Positions 24,022-37,443 of a DNA stretch of 64,000 bases are shown one piece after another (the stretch's first letter is position 1; every line of letters starts with the position of its first letter). The notes beneath the pieces are model-generated. The model saw only the letters and a list, made by a program, of their open reading frames with translations. It was not told the origin of the DNA and made no database searches. The translations under genes and the position numbers were made by a program. The stretch covers positions 992,001 to 1,056,000 of the forward strand of contig CP158635.1 in the NCBI GenBank assembly GCA_050273025.1. Direction: 5' to 3'. This stretch comes from Cenococcum geophilum (Eukaryota).

Positions 24022-27000
24022 CTAGTAGGAGTTACCTCCTATAGATCCTGCTGTTATTAGCCACTTTCTAGTAGCTATCCCTGTCCTACTTAGAAATAGG
24101 AAAAGCGCCTCTCTTCCTTTTTGTGTACAAAATAGCTTCTTTAGAGAGAGAGAAGAGCCTAGTTTCTTTCGCATTTCTCTTCTTTCTTCCCTATATAGGT
24201 TGCAGTCTAGTAGTAGATGTCTAGGGGTTTGTAGTGCTTTACATTCCCTAAAGCATCTACCTTCTTTATCCTCTCCTATTACTTTAGTAAAGGATTTGAA
24301 ATAGCCTTTTCCTAGCTTTAGCTGGAAGAAAGCCGATTGTAGCCTTTTAGGATATTTATCCTTAGGGGCTTTAAGAGAAAAGGAATGGCTTCCTTTACAG
24401 ATCCTAGTATAGTGTTTTCCTTTATTCCTATTCTGCTGCCAGTTATTTTTCCACTGTTCTAGTATCTCTTCTCTTGCCGCTCTCCCTATATAGGCTAAGG
24501 AGGTATAAGAAGATTGTAGTTTTCTTCTAGAAAGGCCCTTTTTTGCTAGCTTATCTGCTATTTCGTTCCTATAGATTCCTAGATGGCTAGGAACCCAGTA
24601 GAAGTTAATAGAGATCCCCTTACTAGCTAAGTAGGAACAGCTTTGCGTAATTTTAAAGACTAGTTCTTGCCCCCCTGTAAGAGAATTAAGCTGTAATCTC
24701 TTAATAGCCGCTTGGCTATCTATAAAGATATAGACTTGTTTCTCTTCTAGTCTTTGTTGTTTTAGGTGTTCTAGGGCCCTATAGACTGCATAGAGCTCTA
24801 CGTCCATAATTTCCATATAGGGTCCTAGATTCCAGTTCGTTGCATATTTAATCCTATTTCTCTCCCCTATTTTACATATAGCAGCTGCATTTAATTTATT
24901 GTCTTTAGAGCCATCTGTATAGTATATATCTACTAGGTCCCACTCTAGGGATTCTTATAAACTTTCTACTAGTCTTAGATGTTCTTGTGCAGCTTCTTCT
25001 TTACTACCCCTTAAGATAGAAAAGAATGCAGAGATAGGAGGAGACCACGGTTTTTGCCATTCTAGAGAGATTCTCTCTATTTTCCAGTTTTGAATTAGCT
25101 GCTGAACTCTAGAGGCTAAAGATAGTAGCTGTGTCTTTGGCTGTAAGAGGTACTTTATAGTAGAGTTTTTAGGGCTAGAACTAGAGCTAGAATTAGCTGC
25201 TAATTCGTCCCTATCTTTGTTGATCTCTTCTATATAGACCTTCTTAATTACGTGGTTTTCCTTAAATTTTAGGATTCTTAATGCGTAGTTATTGCAAAGC
25301 TTTTTAAATCTAATTCTAGGAGGAGGAATAGAGGCTTCGATCTCTACAGCTTGGCTAGGAGATCCTTTAAACGCTCCTAGAACTAGTTTTAGGGCCTCGT
25401 TTTGTAGAGATTGGTACCTATCTAGTAGGTAGTCTCTAGATTTGCTTTTCCACCAGCATTGTACACCGTAGTCTGCTATAGTGGTAACGCAAGCTATATA
25501 GAGCTGTCGTAGGGCTTGTAGAGATAGACCTCTTTGTGTATTACCTAGTCTTCTAATTAAATAGAAGGCTGTTTTTGCTTTAGAGATTTGTATTTCTATA
25601 TATTATTTAAAAGTAAGCTTAGAGTCTAGAAATACCCCTAACTACCTAACTAGGGGTTTAGGGGATATTTCTACGTCTCCTAGCTTTAACCCTTCTTCTA
25701 TAGTAGTGCGTTTACTATGGAAGTGTATAAGCTCTGTTTTGCTAACGTTGAAACTAATAGCAGCTTCCTTAGCTCTAGACATTAGCTCTAGCGCTATTCT
25801 CTCTAGCTTTTTACAATTAGACTTGGCTGAATTTGAGGTAACCGTAATTGCAAAATCGTCCATATAGCTAAGAGAGTAGGCTCCTTCTGTCTGTATGCTG
25901 CAGATATTGCGTATATATAGTAGAAATAAAATAGGGGATATAGGCGATCCCTGTGGTATCCCTGTTTCTAGTTCTACTTTTTCTTGTATTTGCCCATTAA
26001 AGGAAAGCTGTAGCTTTCTATTGCTAAGGAAAGTAGCTACCCATTGTGTAAACGCTATAGGTAGTCCTAGTTCCTTACAGATAGATAAAAGCTGGTTTTT
26101 AGAGACATGGTTAAAAGCCCCTCTTACGTCTAGGAATAACGTAGTGGCTATCCTTTGTCTAGCTTTTTTCCTACTATTTTTAGATTGGATATTATTTAGA
26201 AGTAATAAGACTGCGTCTATTGCAGACCGCTGTCTTCTTCCTCCTAGTTGAGAATCTTGAAGTAAGCTAGTAGTACTAGCTAGATATCCTAATCTAGTAG
26301 CAAAGATCTTTTCTAAAGTCTTTCCTAGGTAGTTTAGTAAGGAGATAGGTCTATAGGACTTTGGTAAGGAATAGTCCTCCTTATTTGCTTTAGGGAGAAT
26401 AACTCCTCGAGCTTCTCTCCAGACCTTTGGCTGATAGCCTAGGATAAACAAAATCCTATAGATTCTATACAGAAGATCTTCTATAGTAGGGTAGGCCTTT
26501 TGTAGAATTGTAAAAGATATCCCATCTGGTCCTGGAGCCTTTTTATTAGAGCTAGAGAAAATTGCTTATTTGACTTCTATTTTCTCTAGTTCTAGCCATT
26601 CCTATTTATTGTCTATTATATAGTCCTTCCACTCTATAGGGCTAGTAGAAGGGGGGGGTTTAGGGAATAGAGTAGTTGTAAAAGCTTTATACTGGTCCTC
26701 GAAGCTTTCTACTAGTCTAGTATTTCCGTCTTTGCTATACTGTAGACTAGGGATTATTCGCAATGTTCTCTCCTTTGTGTATTTTAGGGCAGTAAAGACT
26801 TCCTTTCCTTGTGCTTTTTCTAGGAAGCTATTCCAGCAGCTAGTCTTGGCTTCTCTTATTGCGTGGAAGTATTGATTTTTGGCTTCTTTATAGGCTTCTA
26901 GTCTAGAACTTCTAGTAGGTTGTTCTTCTTAAAGTCTTCCTAGTTTTACCATTTTTTGTCTTTTCTTTAGAAGCTCTTTATTCCACCATGGTTTAGAGAA

Positions 27001-28110
27001 TTCGCAGGTTCTAGATCTAGGGATAGCTTTCTCTGCTGCTAGCTTTATACCTCTAGTAAGATCTATTACTAGATTATCTACTAGTGTACTTAAGCTTCTA
27101 TCCCTAGGTCTATAGGAATCTTCTAGAGAGGCTAGGGGACCTTTTTCTCCTATCTCTATATAGGGGTTTTCTCCTACTAGTTCTTCTAGTACTAAAAGTT
27201 TCGCTTCTAGTTCTAGCTCTAGAACTTGCTCTTTTAAAGAGGTAGAGAAAAGCTCCTAGTTTGCCTTTTTTATAGAGAAAGGAGTTTCTTGAAGAGGGTT
27301 TAGGTATCTTTACGTCTCTCTAGTAAATAAAGAGAATGCTATAGTCTTGTGATTAGATCCTATTTCTTCTATTATAGTCCAATTATCCCAGGTATTTTCT
27401 TAGAAGTTTCCTAAGTAGAAGGCTAGGTCTATAATAGACTTTTCCCTTATATTAGATCTATAGAAGGTCCCTTCCTGTTCGTCTGAATTTAGTAGTTGGC
27501 AGTTATATTTGTCTAGCCAGTCTACTAGTTCCTTAGCCTCCCTAGTTGGGTTCCTAGCTAGCGCGTTCCACCGTTTATGGTGTAGGTTATAGTCTCCTAT
27601 TAGTACAAAAGGGAGATCTATTTCCAGTTCTAGAATGGCCCTAGAGATAGTAGTTATACTACTTCTTTGGGTTCTAGAGTTTTCGTCCAGTTATCTCTCA
27701 TTATAGATGTTAAATAGTAGAAATCTTTCAAGTTGGCCATAGATTTCTAATACTATAATATCTGTATCTTTGCAGATATCCTCCCTATTTCTATATTATA
27801 GAATACTAGAAACAGTTTTCCTTATATAGATAGCTACTCTAGGTCAAATAGCTAGATTACTAGGGAGGATTAGGTTAAATGCAGGATGTGGAATAGAAAA
27901 GTAGGATTCTTTTTGTCTATCTTTCCAGGTACTAGGCTCTTGTACTAGAATAATATCTATTTTTTTTCTAAATCCTATTTCTAGTAGGGTTTGCTGTACT
28001 TCTTGTCTTTTTCCTACATTGTGTTGTATAAAGGAGATTTCTCCCCTAGTTTTAGAAACTAGAGAGATCTCTTCTTCTTCCTATATAGAACCTTCTAAGC
28101 TTATACTCAT
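24022..28110 (-). pseudogene. LINE ORF2: AP endonuclease, reverse transcriptase, RNase H (scattered RIP stops)
   Basis: Track ORFs contain YRPISLL, LDVRGAF, GIPQGSPISP, YMDD and RNase H DSQAAI/WVPSH; APE motifs LVQEP, GDYNLHH and SDH appear upstream. Confidence 0.92.
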
Positions 28111-28122
28111 TGATATACTAGC

Positions 28123-29687
28123 TTAGCTGCTTTAAGAGACTCGCAATCTTTGCTATTAGCAAAGTGATTTTCTTTACAATTGCTGCAAAGAGGGGTAGTA
28201 TGCTCGCAAGGTCTTCCTATTATATTACAAGTAGAACAGGAGTGGTCCTTAGATAAATATACCGCTGCATAAAATCGACAGGCCTTGGTAGAGCATCTAT
28301 CTCCTATATAGCCAAATTTTTGGCAACTTGTACACTGTGTAGTAGGAGAGACTTTTAGGTATTTAACTACCTTAGCAGCTACCCCTGCAATTAGGATTTC
28401 CTTCTGCTTAAGGATTTCCTATCTTTTCTCCTTATTTTCTATAGCAAAGACTATAGAGCCAAACCTAGTTTATGGATTATATCTCTTTTCCCTAGATAAG
28501 ATCCATCTAGGTAATCCCTGTATTCTAATAGGATTAAAAGTCTCTATTTCTTCTTTTAGAAGTTTAGAGCCTCCTTCTCCTAGGAAAGGGGAGATAGGGA
28601 CGCCATAAGCTACTACCTGAGCCTAGGGCTCTAGTTTTTGTTCCCTTTTAAAAGAGAAGCAGTTAGACCAGATTTCCTTATGTTTAACTAAATACTCTGC
28701 ATTATATTCTTCTGTGGTTATAAGGAGAATATTCTGCTTTTCTCTAGTTCTAGCTATAGTAGCTATTACTGGCTTCTCTATTTGCAGTTTAGATCTAAAT
28801 AGTTGATTAACTTGATTTCGTAGAGAGAAGATATCTAGAGGCTGGTCCTTTTGGTCTGTAACTAGGACTAGTCTCCTTTCTTATAACTGCTTCTTTTTTC
28901 CTCTAGTAGAGGTAGAGCTAGTAGAACTAGTAGGGGGAGATAAGGAGGGAGGGGGAGAGGGAGAGGTAGTAGAGGAAGAGGTAGTAGAAGAATGAGCAAA
29001 AGTAGAAGAAGAGAGGCCCTTCTTTAGCTTCTCTGCGTAGGTTTGTGTTTTTGGGGCTACCTCCTTACGGAGAGCTCTTACTTCTTCTACTAGTCCTTTT
29101 AGGACATCTCTTTCTTTTCTTTCCTTTTCTTTTATAAAGGGATTTTCTCCTCCTAGGACACTCTGTACGTAGTCCCCTAGTAATTTAACTTACTCTTTTT
29201 CTTCTTCTTCTTCTTTTAGCCCTATATAGGCCTGGTTTAGGTTATATAGAGCCATTTATAGGTACTATTTTGGAGAAGAGGTAGAGGAAGGTATACTAGC
29301 CGAAATAGGCTTAGGTATTAGTAGCCTTCTTCTTTGGTTTTGGTTCTCTTTTCTATTTTCAGAAGAAGATTGCCTTCTTTTCCTTCTATTCTCTTTCTTT
29401 ACGTCCTCCCTAGATGGGCAGGGAGAAGGCGGGAGAGAAGAGGAAGAGAAGGTAGGTAAGGTAGGTGAGGTAGGTGAGGTAGGTAAGGCAGGTAAGGCAG
29501 CTAAGAGTTCGTCCTCGCTTGTCTCTATAGTGTCTTTACCTCTAGAAGGCTTAGTAGCCTAAGGTTCTCCTGTCCCAAATAGGCTAGAGTAAGAGGGAAA
29601 AGGGAAAGTGAATTCGTTATCCCTTGTCTCTATATTGTTGTCTTTAGGAGGCTTTTTAGGCTTAGTAGCCTAAGGATTCTTTGACAT
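28123..29687 (-). pseudogene. LINE ORF1 (gag-like, CCHC knuckles)
   Basis: ATG at 29687; QCTSCQKFG(H)IGDRC and further Cys/His motifs at 28150-28340; 9-bp Pro/Thr repeats at 29450-29500. Confidence 0.85.
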
Positions 29688-32600
29688 TTTATAGGGGGGG
29701 TTTCCTAGTTTTTTCAGTAGATAATAACCTCCTTAGGTCTCTTATCTCCTAGTCCCAGAGGTGAAAAACTAGGCAAAAAGCCTTGCTAGTTTTTACTATC
29801 CTTTTTTACCTTTTCTCCTTACTAATCCTACTAGAGGATTTCTAGGGAGACTAGGCTAGAAGGTAGTAGAAAAACTAGCTAAAAAAGACTAGCGTAGTTA
29901 TTTTCTTTTCCTTTTAGAAGTAGAAAAAACTACTAAAAAAAAAGGACTTGTTAGGCTTTTGCTAGCAGAAAAGCCCTAAAGGCAATCCTCCTCTTACTAA
30001 GGAAAGTCTGACTAAAAGAGATATAGAAAAGTACCTACACCCCCTATTTTATTAGGCTTTTACTTTCTATAGAAGAAAAACCTAGGAAAAGTCTATATTT
30101 TATAGTTTTGGTATTAGTAGTAGTAGTAGTAGTAGTTTTGGTGTTCTTGTCCGTGCTTCGCTTATACGCTAGGACCCCTTTTGCCAAGGCCTCTATCGCA
30201 GAATAAAGGGGGTAATGAGGGGAACAAGTCTACCTCTAGCTCGCTAGGTAGGCAGAATTAGGTCTTAGGAGTTAGGAAAACGATAGTTTTTGATGGTAAG
30301 ATGGGTATGCGTAAGTTTGGAAGTGCGGCGCCACCTTTTAGTAAGGTTGCATGTTATATAGGCAGTTAGAATTAGCACCTATTAGTAAGAATATTAGCGG
30401 CCTAGTATTAAAAAACTATAGTAAAGATATAAGAAATAATAGGCGGGATAGGCATAAGCGGTTGTTAATACTAAAAGCTATATGTTTAGAAATATGGGAG
30501 GTATAAATAAGAAGAGCTTAGCATTTCTAAATAGTTTACCTTTATTACGTGCTAGTAGGGTATAAGCAGTTAATCTCTAAGTAAACTTTTATATTGAATT
30601 AAACTAGTTAAGGAATTAATTGGCCTATTTATTTAACTATTCCAAAGGCTATAAGTTACTACTTATTTATCCTAAAAAGGAAACTATAGACCTATAATCT
30701 ACTAGTTATATATATAATTTTTAGGTAGCTTATAAAATATACTCATTATTATATACGTTTATAAATATAGGCCTAGGCTAACGAGTTAATTAGGGAGGAG
30801 CCTAAGTAGTTAATAATAGAGGATTTTAAGTAGCCTAATTATAAGGAGTAAACCGCTAGGAAAGAGGCTGGCGAGTTAAAGTAAAAGGAGTTTAAGGGGT
30901 TAAAGCTAAAGGAGTAGAGCGTTAGGAGGGAGTTTAAGGAGTTAAATAAGGATTTATAAATATGCGCGAGAGCGGCTAGATTAAGGAGTTAGGAGAAGCT
31001 AGTTAATCTACTAGCGGAGGTATACTATTATACCGCTTTATCTAGTCTAAAAACTAAGCTACCTATTTTTTAGAGTTACTAGTAAACCGGCTAACCAGTT
31101 AACTAAGACTTAAGATATTACTAAAGGAAATTAATAACGTGCGTATTATATTACTATATAGTAGTAACTTATTAGAGAATAGATTAAGTAGTTATACTTA
31201 ATAGTTTAGTTAATTATAAATATTAAGACTCGCTACTACTATATATTAAGGTAAAAGGAACGCTAAAGTAGTTAACCCACGTATAATACTAATTATAATA
31301 GCACCTTAATAACTCGCTATATTAAGAAAATTAGTCTAACGTTCCTCTATTAGATAGATTAGTAGTAGTTAGGTAGATATACTCAAGGCTACGCTATAAA
31401 ACGCTGGAGCACTATAACTATAACCAGTTAATATTAGAGTACTCTTACTAGTTAATATTTAACCTGCGGAGAAGATATATAGCTATTATTACCTCTCCTT
31501 AAGAGGCGTGGGCTCCTTATTATCTAACAGCTTAATAGGGTTAAATTGCTGTAACTCCTATAAGGTATATAAACGTTATTATTTCTCCCTAAAAAGTAGG
31601 GACTGCTTATTATCTAACTACTATAACTGCCGCGACTGCTAAGACTGCTAAGACTGCTCTTAGCTAGTATTACCCTTATCCTTATTACTGCTAATTATAA
31701 TTAATTTACCGGTATTCTTACCACTCTTATTACTACTAATTTAAGTTAGCTTACTTAAGAGGCTAAAGCGGATAGCATATAACTAAAGAGGCTAATAGTG
31801 GTTAACTAGGTCGCGGTTTATATCCTAGGTTAACTACTAACCTACTTAACCCCTATAAGTAACTGCTACCTACCTACCTATAGCAATAGTATTAGAGGGG
31901 CCTATTAACTAGTCCTTAATATTATTTAGAGTCACTATATCTACGCCCTTAGGTAGAGTCTAGTTGCGGAGCCTATTAGGGTAAAGGTAAAGTAATAGCT
32001 GTTAAATCTATAACTTTAGAAACCTAGTAGTATATATCTTAAACGGGTTAAGATAGAGAATGTTATAGCACTGACCTAACGTATACTGTTTTATACTGTC
32101 TCGTACTATTTCCTACTATTAGCTAGCCTACCACTAGTGACTTAGCGGCTGGCCCTACTATTTATATACAATACCCCCTTTCTACCTTCTTCCCCTCTTT
32201 ATACTATAACGTAGTTATTTAGTCTACTTTATTACAGCACTGTAACAGTTTATGGTATCTTTAATTTGCGCCCTATTATAATTACTAATTCCCTATACCC
32301 TAGTTAATTAACCTCTACTTTAAAGTAATCGCGATTTAAGCGCGCCTCTGCTAAAACTAATACGTCCCTAGTATAGTCCTAAAATAATCCTTAGTTTTTA
32401 CCTAGCGCCTAGATACGCGACACTAATAACGCCGAAATAGCTAAAACCTAGAACCCCTGCAACGTTTTTATAGACCTCTTTATAGAGATATACCCTAATA
32501 TTAAGTAGATAATCCGCCGCTCCCTACTATACTATAAGACCTTTAAGCCTAGCAAAGCTTACCTTACCCTTATTAACTATACTAATAAGTTCCTTAATAA

Positions 32601-35600
32601 TATTAAAGTAAAACTATAGTATATATATAATATAAACACTACCAATAAGAAAGCTAATAAAAACCTTAGTGCCCTTATTGCTCCCTAGATAGGAACTATT
32701 AACTCTTAGGTAAAGACTATTACCATTTTAAAATAATTAACCCCTATAATAACAGTAGTAACCTAGTAGAAAAAACGGAGATTTAAAGACCCGCTAATAT
32801 TTAGCGGAAAAGGTACCCCGCTAGAATAATAAGCTAATTTTAAGACCTAGCATATTAAGATTAAGGGAGTCTTTAACTAGGACTAGGATTACTTTAATAT
32901 AGTTTAGTCCTAGATCCTTTATATCTTAAATATACTAGAGGATAAGGCCTATAAGTTTATTAAGTAGGGCCTAGAGCTTATATATAAGAACCTAAATAAT
33001 ATATCTATATAAAAATAGCCTACTAAGAAAGATATACTTAAAGACCTTACTACTTATTATAAGGTCCTTAATATAACCCAGGTTATAAAGAATAAGCTTA
33101 ACTATTTTCCTTAAGGCGAGCGTAATTACTAGTTCTAAAAGGGAGAGCCTAATAAGCTAATAGTCCGCGCTGGGGGGGTGGGTAGATAGGGGGTAGACCT
33201 ACGCTAAAAGTTTATTTCTCTAAAGATAGAAGAGCTGGTACTTAGACTTACCTATAAAATTAATAACAGCGACTATATAGGTTAGAGAAAGTAGATAAAT
33301 ATATTTATTAAAAACCTTATAAACTATATATACTAAGCTAACCTTAAGAAGAATGCTAACTACCGCCTACCTACCTAAGCCCCTGCCTTTATATTAACCC
33401 TAACCCTAATAATAACTAGAGAACCTATAGACCTTAATAAAATCTTAAATACGAAGTATAAGCGCCGCGTTAATAATAAACTATACCTTACCTATAGCCT
33501 ATTTAGCTATTAAAAGGACGCCTATAACCCCGTTAAGATAGTAAACCTAGTCCTAATACCACCCTATTAAATAATATAAACTAATAACTACGGACGCGGC
33601 AATTATAGAGTCTATTATAGACACGGCGACCGTGGAGCCTATTATAGCTACGGCGGATAACCCCCCCCTTTAACTTTACGACTTAGTTACTTTAAATAAT
33701 GCCCTATATACGAGCCTAACCCGTTAATAACGCCTAGTATTAGTGACTCCGCGCTAGCAAATATAAATACGGCTATATTATTAGTAAGGTATTATCTTTT
33801 TATACCCTAACTAAGACTAAGACTAATACCGCTAGCTAGATAGATACTAGACCGCCCTACTAAAATAGCCCTATACCCTAGTTATTAAAAGGTAAACTTT
33901 TAAACTAAGTCGCGTTTAAGGGTTTAAACTATATAAGGAGGAAAACAAAAAGATTAGGTCCCTATTACTAGATTAATTAGTCCTTTCTATTAGTAAGCTG
34001 CTACTTAATCTTAGATTAGTAAATAGTAATAAGAAATTAATCCTTATTTAAACCTAACTCTTCTTATTACGTAACCTATACCCCTAAGTTTATATTAATA
34101 TAGTAAGCCTAGTAGACTCCAGTAGTACTATAATAGCATTTACTAATGCAGAGTCTATTATAAGAAAGTATAATATTATAATTAAGAAGCTGCTAGTACC
34201 TAGGCCACTGCGCCTTATAGATAATATCCTAACTTTACTTATTACGGACTACTTTACCACCTAAATATTAATTAACCTTTATACTAAAGCTATGCTCTTT
34301 TTTATTACTAAACTCTTACCTACTACCCTAATTATCTTAGGTATACCTTAGCTTTAGAAGTATAAGCCCTATCCTAGCTTTAGGAAACTTAAGATTCGCT
34401 TTAACTTAGACTACTACTTTAGGCATTACCTCCCGTAGGGGATAACCAATAGTAGTAGGGACGCCCTATATAAATACTTAGTACTACTAAGCCTAGTGCC
34501 TAGGACTATATATAAAGCCTTAATAGTAAAAGACGTTCTTAATAAAGGGGAGCCTATATAGCTATAAAGTAACGAGATAGTAGAAGATTAGACTACTCTA
34601 AGACTTAAGACTAAAATAATAGGCTAGCTAGCCCTACTAAGACTAAGGAAGAAGGTCCGCTTTATACTGCTACTATTAAAATTTTAACCCTAGCCGCCTA
34701 GCCTAATACTTAGAACTAAGCTATATACTATATATACACACTATAGCTCGCGTTATAGTAAGGATTAGTAATAGAACTACTAAGATCTAGATAATAGAAA
34801 CCGCGCTACTATAACGCCTAACCTTATACCCGTCTCCCGTGCGTACTATATAGGGCTACCACCTTATTTCCGCCTCCCTAGACTAACTAAGTTATACTAG
34901 CCTAGCTATAGCACCAGAGAACTAGACACGCCCTAACCTAAACAATATTAAATATACTTATACTATTAAATTTACCTAGTTCTATAAATAAAAAGATGTA
35001 AAGGTAATAAGGATTTATATAGTGGAGTTAGTAAAACTAGTTAAATAAGATAAGCACTAACAGCTGCTTAAAGAGCTGCCTATAGGCCTAATAGAAGTAC
35101 TAAACCTATTAAAAAGGTCTTTTTACTAGCTAGTGGAAGGCGACTATATAATAAAGGAAGCTTATAAAGTGCTTCCCCCCTATTTTTATAACTTCTTTAA
35201 GATAAGTTTAAAAACTAAGCCTAAGCTTTTATATTAGAAGATAGTTAATACTAATATTAAAAAAATTCCTAAAAGGCAAACTAGGATTAACCCGCGAAGA
35301 CATTTTATAACGCCTACTAAAGGAGTTATATAAATATATTAAGCACTTCCTCTCTAAAAATGTAAATAAGCTGCCCCCTTACCGACTATAAGACTATAAA
35401 ATTAAGATTATCCCTAGAAACTAGGCCCCGTACTATAAAAATAGACCACTTTTACCTACTAAACTTAGATATATAAAGAAGTGGATTAATAAGATACTAG
35501 ATAAGGGTTTTATCCGTAAATTAACCTTACTAGCTACTATACTACTTCTCCTCGCTACTAAGCCTAGCGGCGATATATAAATTTACTATAACTACTAAGG

Positions 35601-37443
35601 CCTAAATATAGTTACTATTAAGAATTAGTACTTACTACTACTAATCTATAAAATACTTAACGTACTTTATAGTGCTAAGTACTTTACTAAACTTAATATA
35701 ATTACTGCGTTTAACTAGATTCGGATTATAAAGGGCTATAAGTAGCTTATAGTATTTATTACCCGGTTCGGACTCTATAAAATACTAGTTATACTATTTA
35801 GCCTCTATAATATACCCGCTATATTTTAAAACTATATTAACTATATTTTATATAACGCCCTTAATAACTACTATACTGCCTACCTTAATAACGTCTTTAT
35901 CTTTTCTAAAATACGCGCTAAGTATACTAAGTATATAAATAAAGTTATCTAAAGACTTAGTAATACTGGACTTTAGATTAATATTAATAAGTTTAAGTTT
36001 TACGCTACTAAAACAAAATACCTTAGCTTAATTATCTTAACTAATAGTATAACTATAGACCCTAAAGAGGTATAGGCCTTATAGGAATAAAAGGACCCAA
36101 TATTAATTAAAAAACTAAAAAAATTTCTTAGCTTCGCGAACTTCTACTAATAATTTATCTAAGGCTACTTTGCCATCGCTATACCTATAATAAAACTCCT
36201 AAAGAAGGATATTAGATGGCTATAGGGACTAGAATAAGTTAAATCGTTTAAGGCCCTTAAGGGAGCCTTTACTTTAGCACTAGTACTAGCATACTATAAC
36301 TATATAAAGAAAACAGTGGTAGAGATAAATGTATTAAATTAGGCTTTTAGTGGAGTTCTTTCCTAGTATAATAATAATAGTAAATTAAAACTGGTTGTAT
36401 TCTTCTCCGTAAAGCACTTTATATTAAAGTATAACTATAAAATCTATAATAAAGAACTCTTAGTTATTATTAAGGCTTTAAAGAAATAGCGTTCTAAGCT
36501 ATAAGGGACTAAGAAGCTTTTTAAAATTATTACCGACTATAAAAACCTATAGACGTTTATAACTATTAAGTAGCTAAATTAGCGCTAAGTCTAGTAAGCA
36601 GAGTTTTTTTTTATAGTTTAACTTTATAATTATATACAGACCTAGTAGTAAAGCTACGCTCCCTACTGCCCTAAGCTAGCTACTAGGAATAAGGCCTAAG
36701 GACACTAATAATAAACGCCTTTATTACTAAGCCTAAGTTATTATACTACCCTAAAAAGTTAACCCTATAATCTTAAAAGAATTACTATATAAGTCCCGTA
36801 ACTTTAATAATATAGAGTTTATAGCCGCTCTAAACCCTAAAATAGCCGAAAAGTTACTAGATAAGTTAATTTAGCTAAGATACTAGGAGAATAAACTTAT
36901 AAGAGATATAGTGGCGGCCCTATATAATTAGAAAGCTCGCTATTAGCTAAAGAAGATTAGGAAATTACTTTATTATAATAAGTTAGAATATAGTATTATT
37001 AATAAATAGATCTACTTCCGCTAATATCTTTTTATCCCTAACGCCCTAAACCTCTACCTAGAAGTTACCTATCGCTCTTATAGTAGCGGCCCCGCTAATT
37101 ACCCTAGCTAGGTTAAAACTCTTAACCTCTTAAACTAAATATACTAGTAGCTAGGAATTTCCTAGTTTACGGCTACCTTTATTAAAGACTATACCCTATA
37201 CTTTTGTACTAAGACCCCCTATTCTACCCCGCCTAGTTTTTTAAAGCTATTAAAATTACCCACCTGCCTATAAACTAATATCTTAATTAACTATATTATA
37301 ATACTGCTGGTATACTAACGCTATAGTAAGGTATATAAATATATCCTTATTATTATAGACCGCCTAACTAAAATATAATACCTTATTCTAGTAATAGGAC
37401 TCTTAATAAAGGAGCTAGTTAATAGCTTTATTAATAACATATA

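Larger units (their letters stand above)
23698..30353 (-). mobile_element. Element C: full-length LINE (Tad1/I-like, with RNase H)
   Basis: Poly(A) tail (T-run 23698-23719); TSD TTATATAGGCAG(TT) at 23686-23697 and 30354-30365; two ORFs. Confidence 0.95.
7555..30540 (+). pseudogene. RecQ-like SF2 helicase of the AcademH-like element, RIP-mutated and split by four insertions (ends approximate)
   Basis: After reverting RIP: Walker A AKTGFGKS (~7925-7950), IDECH (~8231), SAT (~8338), VATTTLGMGMDIPDI..VIQW..DLWQRFGRAVRG (8770-9165, across the solo LTR) and a RecQ-type Zn region CCRK..CCN...C.P (~15980-16090). Confidence 0.75.
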
